Shown: positions 58,353 through 64,000 of the stretch, one piece after another
Layout: the number at the start of each line of letters is the position of its first letter
Position numbering within the stretch: position 1 is the stretch's first letter
Source of the DNA: a virus
Virus record (IMG/VR): IMGVR_UViG_3300025133_000022
Location: 128,538 to 192,537 of that record
DNA length: 64,000 nt
Direction: 5' to 3' (one strand)
Notes under the pieces: model-generated
What the model was told of the DNA's origin: nothing
Seen by the model: only the letters and a program-made list of their open reading frames with translations
Database searches by the model: none
Position numbers and translations under genes: made by a program

Positions 58353-60106
58353 CAAACATTCCCTGATCTTTTAAGATCTGTAATCCATTTTTTCATGAGT
58401 GTTGATTGTGCATTTGTTCGCCCGGTGGCGCAAGTGTTGATTTCAGCTACTACCTCAGGCCCACGAGTAAGAACGATCTTATCTCTGTCACTATCGTATT
58501 CACTTTTTGTGTCTGGCACTAGTCCTTCTAAAATCTCTGGGTTATTTGCAAGATGCTCACACCAGTCTTCAACTGAGCCACCATACTGTGTGAAGAGCTT
58601 AATAATCATAATTACAAGAGTAATCATATCCTTGACGAATAAAATTAAACCCAAATTACTTAACGACAACCCTAAACTACCAGAAACCAACCCTTCTAAA
58701 GAACGCAAGGCAATGATAATTTTTCGCACAAGATCCATAATATAATTCTTGGCTTCCAAAACAGAAAGTGCCATTTTTCTAAATGGATTTGCCAAATGGA
58801 AGTTTGGCATCTTAAGTGCATCCGGCAATTTAGTGTTTGATGTGATCTCGAAACCAGTAGGAAAGCTAAAGCTAGATTCTGCCGCCTGAGCTTCGCTGCC
58901 ATCACGCTCTGATGTCGCGAGTGCTGGAATAGTCACACTGCCAATACCACTCTCCCCAACACCATCTACTTCAAGAGAAGTGACGCTTACGTCTTTAAAT
59001 CTGCTGTTTGTATTGGTTTTGACATCAGTGAATCCTGGGAACCCTTCACCAGTTGCTACACTCTTGACTGCTTTTGCTCGATCGGCAGTGCGCGCACCTA
59101 CAGCCGCAGCCATAGCGGCTGTCTTAGCAAGCTCGTCTTGCAGGTTGGCGATACTGATCAACGCAGCATACGCGCAGTCCAGCGGGGCAACAATGATACC
59201 GGCAATTTGTTGAAGTAAGGTTACAATTGCATCAAGAATCAACTTAAGTAGAGGCCCCAAAAGCACTGTCCAATCCAGCCTAATACTCAATTGAAAAGTT
59301 AAGTAGCTTTTAAGAAGCATCTTCAAGGCCATCAATATGGCCATTAAATCAGGAATGCATAAGAAGTTGAGCCCATTCAAGAGATCGCACAAATTTTCCA
59401 TAAGAGCATTGGGGTTAAACCAATGCTCAAACTGATCCAAGGCTGCATTGATGTCACCCAAGAGTCCTGCTAGCGGACTGAGCAAATCAATTGGCTGTAA
59501 TTGCCAGTCAAAGTTAATGCGCAAGTCACAGCCAAGACAGTCTTTCAGCCAATCGCCTATTTGAGCATTTCCAGGATCCCCATTAAGCAGTTCATTAAAG
59601 TCAGCATCGAACCCAACACTCCCCTCAGTTCCAACTTTAAAACTAGGTTGCGAAATATCAGGAATCTCCCCCTGCTCTGTGTCAGGACGATCTGGACGAT
59701 CTTCACCACTAGCAATCCATGCGAGGTCATTGTGACTGTCACTCCATGATTCTTGCTCATCGCTAGAATCATCAGACAGACCACTACCCTCCAGTCGAAA
59801 ACCAGGAGCTTCCCAACCGTCTGCGGTACCGCCCTGCCCGCTGGCACTACGTTGATTGCTCGCAGGAGCAGAAACACGCTTAGCGTTAGCTGTTCTACCC
59901 ATGGTTAGTGCTTTGTCAGAACTGCTAAGGATTTGATCCATAGCATTTAATGGACTTTGTGCGGTCGCTAGTATTGCTTGACGATCTGTAGACCTGAGTG
60001 CAGCCTTTTCGAATTGATCAATAATGAGTGTTAGATGCTCATACAGATGGGGGTTGTCATAGTTAATGGGCGGCAGACCTGGTAAGCTAGGCATCGTCGT
60101 CATCAT
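58352..60106 (-). CDS. Hypothetical protein with Cys-rich and hydrophobic helical segments, 584 aa
   Basis: WLKDCLGCDLR, LCIPDLMAILMALKMLL, WTVLLGPLLKLILDAIVTLL, LGLILFVKDMITLVIMIIKLF; start ambiguous (ATG 60106/60103/60094). Confidence 0.7.
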   Translation of the reverse strand: MMTTMPSLPGLPPINYDNPHLYEHLTLIIDQFEKAALRSTDRQAILATAQSPLNAMDQILSSSDKALTMGRTANAKRVSAPASNQRSASGQGGTADGWEAPGFRLEGSGLSDDSSDEQESWSDSHNDLAWIASGEDRPDRPDTEQGEIPDISQPSFKVGTEGSVGFDADFNELLNGDPGNAQIGDWLKDCLGCDLRINFDWQLQPIDLLSPLAGLLGDINAALDQFEHWFNPNALMENLCDLLNGLNFLCIPDLMAILMALKMLLKSYLTFQLSIRLDWTVLLGPLLKLILDAIVTLLQQIAGIIVAPLDCAYAALISIANLQDELAKTAAMAAAVGARTADRAKAVKSVATGEGFPGFTDVKTNTNSRFKDVSVTSLEVDGVGESGIGSVTIPALATSERDGSEAQAAESSFSFPTGFEITSNTKLPDALKMPNFHLANPFRKMALSVLEAKNYIMDLVRKIIIALRSLEGLVSGSLGLSLSNLGLILFVKDMITLVIMIIKLFTQYGGSVEDWCEHLANNPEILEGLVPDTKSEYDSDRDKIVLTRGPEVVAEINTCATGRTNAQSTLMKKWITDLKRSGNV

Positions 60107-60398
60107 CCTCTTCTAATTTAATCAAGTCTTTATAAACCTTAGACCCATCTTTAGTTTGATCGGAAAAAGCTTTGTACTCTTTGGCTCGCTGTCGTGCTTC
60201 GCTATCGTCTTCAAGGTTGATAGGATTGAAACCGTCAGGATCCACAAGATCCATAATTTGCTGAAGAATTGCAATAAAATCCTCTTTATGTACAAAGTCA
60301 CGACCAATCTTAGCAAACATTTTCAGATACTGTTGCTCTAGTTGAGCACCATCATCAGAAGAATCTTCTTCACGAGCAGCTCGAATTAAGAACCCCAT
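60087..60398 (-). CDS. Hypothetical acidic protein, 103 aa
   Basis: TAATG overlap with the upstream gene; ends in TAG; acidic termini. Confidence 0.65.
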   Translation of the reverse strand: MGFLIRAAREEDSSDDGAQLEQQYLKMFAKIGRDFVHKEDFIAILQQIMDLVDPDGFNPINLEDDSEARQRAKEYKAFSDQTKDGSKVYKDLIKLEEDDDDDA

Positions 60399-60895
60399 TA
60401 ATCATCTCCCCAATTCCCATTCGTGTAGTCGCTGGCTTCTTGGTCTTCGATTTGACGCTTAGCTTCCAAGCAGGTCTTGTACATAGAGTATGTTAGTGCG
60501 CTTGGCTTGATGCCGAACACAGCTTTGACTGCTCTTCGTAAAGCTTGTTTTTTTCTCAGGTCTACCTTAAATGCAATCTCAGCCTGCCCATCTGGGGCAG
60601 CCTGCTTGTCTATCCTGGCTCTAACAGATGCAATCCTGCTGCGTGTAGCAGCAATAGCATCTCTGGTTTCGTCAACTTTCTGTTCTATAACAGCTGCTTC
60701 TTCTGCTGTGATAGGTTTTGGCGCATCAGATTGAAAGAGTCTCTCCTCTACTTCTTTAATGCGCTCTTCAACAATTTTCAAATCATCTTCATCAAGCTTA
60801 AGTGCCTCGGCAACTTTGAGATCCTCGGGGGCGTAATCGGGACGATAGAGTGATTGTAAAATAGGCTCTAATTCCTTTGGAAGTCTCTTGCTCAT
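60398..60895 (-). CDS. Hypothetical coiled-coil protein (~165 aa)
   Basis: Heptad-like helices (IVEERIKEVEERL; IEQKVDETRDAIAATRSRIASVRARI); TGATG overlap. Confidence 0.7.
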   Translation of the reverse strand: MSKRLPKELEPILQSLYRPDYAPEDLKVAEALKLDEDDLKIVEERIKEVEERLFQSDAPKPITAEEAAVIEQKVDETRDAIAATRSRIASVRARIDKQAAPDGQAEIAFKVDLRKKQALRRAVKAVFGIKPSALTYSMYKTCLEAKRQIEDQEASDYTNGNWGDD

Positions 60896-61359
60896 CAAGC
60901 ACCAACTTTCTTTTCATAAAAACTAAGACGTACACGTTGGTTTTCACGTAACTGAGCTGCCTGACCTCCAGGACAATACACTCGCATCCAGATAGGGTGA
61001 AATGTATAAGTGTCTGCAGCCAGGGTGCTTCCGATATCAGGAAGTACTAAAGGCTCTCCAGATCTAATCTCATCCCATTCTGCTTCAGTGGGTCTGCGCT
61101 CACCATAAAGATACTTGATGCCCCAGCCAGTATCACCGAATTCACCTGAATCATTGTAGATATCCTGCTCATAGGAAAGCGTAAGATCAGTATAGTATGT
61201 GCTTGGATTGTCATTGCGCAGGTACACAAGTTGCTCATGAGCACCACCTAAACGCCCATCGGAAAAGGTCCTATGTGGACCTTGCCTGTTGGCCTCAGTG
61301 CCAACAATTGCTAAAGAGGCATAGGCCTCCTTATCGTCGTTAAAAAATCGCAATGCCAT
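60895..61359 (-). CDS. Small beta-sandwich virion-type protein, 154 aa
   Basis: GAGG RBS; beta-rich (EQLVYLRND, PIWMRVYCPGG). Confidence 0.6.
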   Translation of the reverse strand: MALRFFNDDKEAYASLAIVGTEANRQGPHRTFSDGRLGGAHEQLVYLRNDNPSTYYTDLTLSYEQDIYNDSGEFGDTGWGIKYLYGERRPTEAEWDEIRSGEPLVLPDIGSTLAADTYTFHPIWMRVYCPGGQAAQLRENQRVRLSFYEKKVGA

Positions 61360-61361
61360 AC

Positions 61362-62036
61362 TTACCTCGAAAAACTGTTGCCGCGACGGCTATTGAATCC
61401 ACGCTTGTGCGAGCGTCCATTACTTGCAAACATGGCACCGAAGCCAGCACCACCAAGCATTGCTCCGCTACGAAACATGTTGTGACGACCTTCAGTGCTG
61501 TGAAAGCCCCTAAGCCCCTTATGAACAACACCCTTGTGCTTGTTCCAAGCTCGACTCATTGGGCCCCATTGGGCGTTAGCCCCGATCTTGCTATCAATAC
61601 CAGCATAAACGCTATTGCTTATGTTCGCACCCTTCCTGCTAAAAGACCTGAAAGCCTTGCCAGCCACCATGCCTCCACCTGCACCCAAAGCAGCACCTTT
61701 GAGACGCTGACCTGGGTCAGCAGTCATGGCGCCAAGCATGCCACCGACAGCAGCGGCAGAACCATACCCCGCACTCCAAGAGGCAGCAGGGTTGACTCCA
61801 GATGTTATGCTTGGGGTTGCAGGCGCACGAGCACTCAACCCCCTAGGTGCTACTGCACTGATCCCTCGTGGAGTTCCAGTAACTCTTGGACGAGAGGGTG
61901 CACGAGCCGCTCTTCCGGGAACTGCTCTCATTCCGTAATCAGGAACACCTGTCCCTCTGGCAGCTTGAGCGCCTCTCATGCCGCGCATGACGCGACCTTC
62001 TTTAAGTGCAGCTTTTAACATTGGGTTAATTGCCAT
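61362..62036 (-). CDS. Highly basic Gly/Ala/Arg-rich protein with glycine-zipper segments, 224 aa
   Basis: About 34 Arg+Lys versus 5 Asp+Glu by manual count; TAATG overlap with the terminase stop; GGAG upstream. Confidence 0.7.
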   Translation of the reverse strand: MAINPMLKAALKEGRVMRGMRGAQAARGTGVPDYGMRAVPGRAARAPSRPRVTGTPRGISAVAPRGLSARAPATPSITSGVNPAASWSAGYGSAAAVGGMLGAMTADPGQRLKGAALGAGGGMVAGKAFRSFSRKGANISNSVYAGIDSKIGANAQWGPMSRAWNKHKGVVHKGLRGFHSTEGRHNMFRSGAMLGGAGFGAMFASNGRSHKRGFNSRRGNSFSR

Positions 62037-64000
62037 TACTTTCTCCTTCTCCGAATAGAGCGTCGTCTTTCTTTGCGTCTACTCACTACATGGGAGCTCA
62101 CACTTGAATCTCCCTCGTACAAGTGCTCAGTGTCATCACCGTATCCACGATAATCCTTCGCCTTATTCTTAAGCCATTCTCCTACAGAAAAGCCTTTTTT
62201 GTCCACTCTGTCTCGACCTCGTTGCTGTACTCTACCTTTTTGCTGCTGGTTGCGTTTTGCAGCATCAGCAGCAGTCTCACCCTCTCTCATTGTCTGAAGG
62301 AGTTCGATAGCTCCTGGAAAAGTAGTTTGCTGACGTTTAATTAAACCCAGAACTTCAGAACCAGGACTATCTTTACCACGCTCAGACTTGGCAGCACGTT
62401 CATCTAAATATTCTCTACTCATAGCCTTCGGTCGGCTGTGGGCCATGTTCCTTCCACTATAAAGACCATTTTCAAGTTGAATGCCAGCCAGTGCAAGCAT
62501 TAGTGCATCTAGTCTGTGATCGCCAACCCGATCGGACTCAGCCCCATACACCGGCTTGTTGGTAATATGAGACCTTCGCAAAACAACATAATTCAGCATC
62601 TGTTTGCGTAAATGGTCCTCGGTGCTTGGCATCCAAAAGATGCCATCTTCCATAACGCGCACAGCAAACTCAACCAAAAATTCCTTTCCTGTCTTGTGAA
62701 TCTTTGCGCCGTCAATGGGACTGCGCAACTCAACTTTAGAACTAAAGTTAAAAGACACAAGTCTATCTTTAATTTTAGCTGTCTCTACGTCACGGCGAGT
62801 AACCTTGGGTTGCATAGCTACCTGAGCGCTAAGGACTTTGAGATCTTCAATGATCGTATGCCCATAACCTTCATCAGCATAGATGTAGTCGGGTTTCCAT
62901 TTGTAATTTAAACGAACAACCTCTTCTTTCCATTTCATACTGCTAAATTCACTTGCCTGTACATTCACAATGTCCAAAGCTATGAACCGATGGGTCATTG
63001 GATCATACCCAACGACAACGAACTCGGTGCCAGCATTTTTGTTCCAGTCAATTCCAATACATTTAAACATCTTGCCGGGATCAAGTACACCAAGTTTCTT
63101 TCGCATGTATGCTTCGTCAATACAGCGTTTTATATCATAATCTTTCATCGCAGCATAGACATATGATGGTTTGAAAACACCATAGCTGGTATCAACGAAC
63201 AGAGCCATATACTCTTTATTAAAGTCCTCTTTGGAACCCTCTTTCTCATAAAGCTTTTTATTCTTATCCCACTGAGGAAGGACAGTTGAAGGAAGATGAT
63301 CTTCTTTAAAAGAGTCATCTTCTAGACACCATTCGTAAAATTTGGCACGCTTACCAATTGGAGTGCTGGTAGCAATAAGCATAACTTCACCGAGCGCATC
63401 GGTCAGAAGGATAGGAAGGACAACTTTATTCAAAGTCTCTTCCGGAATCATGTCCATTTCATCAAGATAAATAATATTAGCGTTACGCCCACGCATGGTA
63501 CCACCACCAGAACCATCGGCTTTGGTGGCAACACCAGAGACGAAGCCGTTAATTACAGCCCCATTATCCATATCCATATGAAAGTACGGGGTCTTAACAT
63601 AATAAGACCCACCTGACGCGGTCTTGATTCGTTTACTCAATTCGTAAGCTTCTTTGCGCTTAAGTAGTTTCTCCATCTCGTCAAAAATATTAAGCAGCTG
63701 AGACTGAAATGGAGTAACAACCATAATCTCTGGACCGGTCATAATCTTGTCGCCAGTCTTTTTATCGGTGCCGCGCTGTACCTCTCGATTGTACGCCAGG
63801 TACAATAGCTTCAATGCAATAATAAAAGTTTTACCACTACGACGACCTTCCCTGATGACTAATTTTTCACTAGTGCACCGAAGCTGTTCTTTCTGATATG
63901 AACGCAAATTCCATGTAGGGTCCGCATCGTCAAAACCGAACATCAAGGTCGCCCAAGCAACTGGGTCTATGGTACTTTTAAGCAGCAACTGGGCCCGTTC
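62036..64000 (-). CDS. terL: Terminase large subunit (5' end lies beyond the window)
   Basis: Walker A REGRRSGKT, Walker B IIYLDEMD, coupling motif ATSTPIG, RNase H-like CIGIDWN and DHRLDAL. The frame stays open to the window edge (ERAQLLLKSTIDP). Confidence 0.95.
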   Translation of the reverse strand, partial: ERAQLLLKSTIDPVAWATLMFGFDDADPTWNLRSYQKEQLRCTSEKLVIREGRRSGKTFIIALKLLYLAYNREVQRGTDKKTGDKIMTGPEIMVVTPFQSQLLNIFDEMEKLLKRKEAYELSKRIKTASGGSYYVKTPYFHMDMDNGAVINGFVSGVATKADGSGGGTMRGRNANIIYLDEMDMIPEETLNKVVLPILLTDALGEVMLIATSTPIGKRAKFYEWCLEDDSFKEDHLPSTVLPQWDKNKKLYEKEGSKEDFNKEYMALFVDTSYGVFKPSYVYAAMKDYDIKRCIDEAYMRKKLGVLDPGKMFKCIGIDWNKNAGTEFVVVGYDPMTHRFIALDIVNVQASEFSSMKWKEEVVRLNYKWKPDYIYADEGYGHTIIEDLKVLSAQVAMQPKVTRRDVETAKIKDRLVSFNFSSKVELRSPIDGAKIHKTGKEFLVEFAVRVMEDGIFWMPSTEDHLRKQMLNYVVLRRSHITNKPVYGAESDRVGDHRLDALMLALAGIQLENGLYSGRNMAHSRPKAMSREYLDERAAKSERGKDSPGSEVLGLIKRQQTTFPGAIELLQTMREGETAADAAKRNQQQKGRVQQRGRDRVDKKGFSVGEWLKNKAKDYRGYGDDTEHLYEGDSSVSSHVVSRRKERRRSIRRRRK

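Noticed and set aside
61353-62018. 221-aa plus-strand ORF
   Set aside because: Antisense shadow of the 224-aa basic protein, which has the operon-consistent strand, overlap and RBS.
1-64000. Stop-codon reassignment (alternative genetic code)
   Set aside because: Very long ORFs are intact in the standard code, and TGA, TAA and TAG (e.g. 60087) all end genes at overlap junctions.
56592-64000. Inteins or introns in terminase or portal
   Set aside because: Motif spacing is compact and continuous; no C-x..HN-[CST] intein ends or LAGLIDADG/HNH insert recognised.
1-64000. CRISPR array, tRNA or rRNA genes
   Set aside because: Intergenic space is too small (largest about 100 nt) and shows only terminator-like hairpins; no regularly spaced repeats or cloverleaf seen.

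Overview
The window is a single, almost gap-free minus-strand virion morphogenesis operon of a large contractile-tailed dsDNA phage (myovirus-like, probably jumbo-sized). Read from 64000 down it runs: terminase large subunit (5' end outside the window), five unknown proteins, portal, prohead protease/scaffold, decoration protein, major capsid protein, neck proteins, tail sheath, three tail-tube paralogues, two chaperones, two very large tape-measure-position proteins (1366 and 1707 aa), a ~3000-aa baseplate hub with an M23 peptidase, spike and wedge genes, Ig/FN3-bearing and fibre-like proteins, two tandem GT9 heptosyltransferase-like genes and a class I SAM methyltransferase. Most junctions are TGATG/TAATG/ATGA overlaps. 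Main finding: the 1707-aa protein at the tape-measure position (32583-37706) carries, in the correct order, recognisable beta-like and beta'-like catalytic motifs of two-barrel RNA polymerases (GLN..YGDS, KMFSASFKG, NLARGKVRGS, RHP, DMDGD, and weaker bridge-helix and trigger-loop-like segments). It is therefore a candidate single-chain virion RNA polymerase delivered through the tail. Second finding: a GT9-GT9-methyltransferase cassette translationally coupled to the last tail gene, a candidate virion (or host LPS) glycosylation system. All calls come from manual motif recognition; no database search or structure prediction was run. No tRNA, rRNA, CRISPR array or mobile element was recognised.
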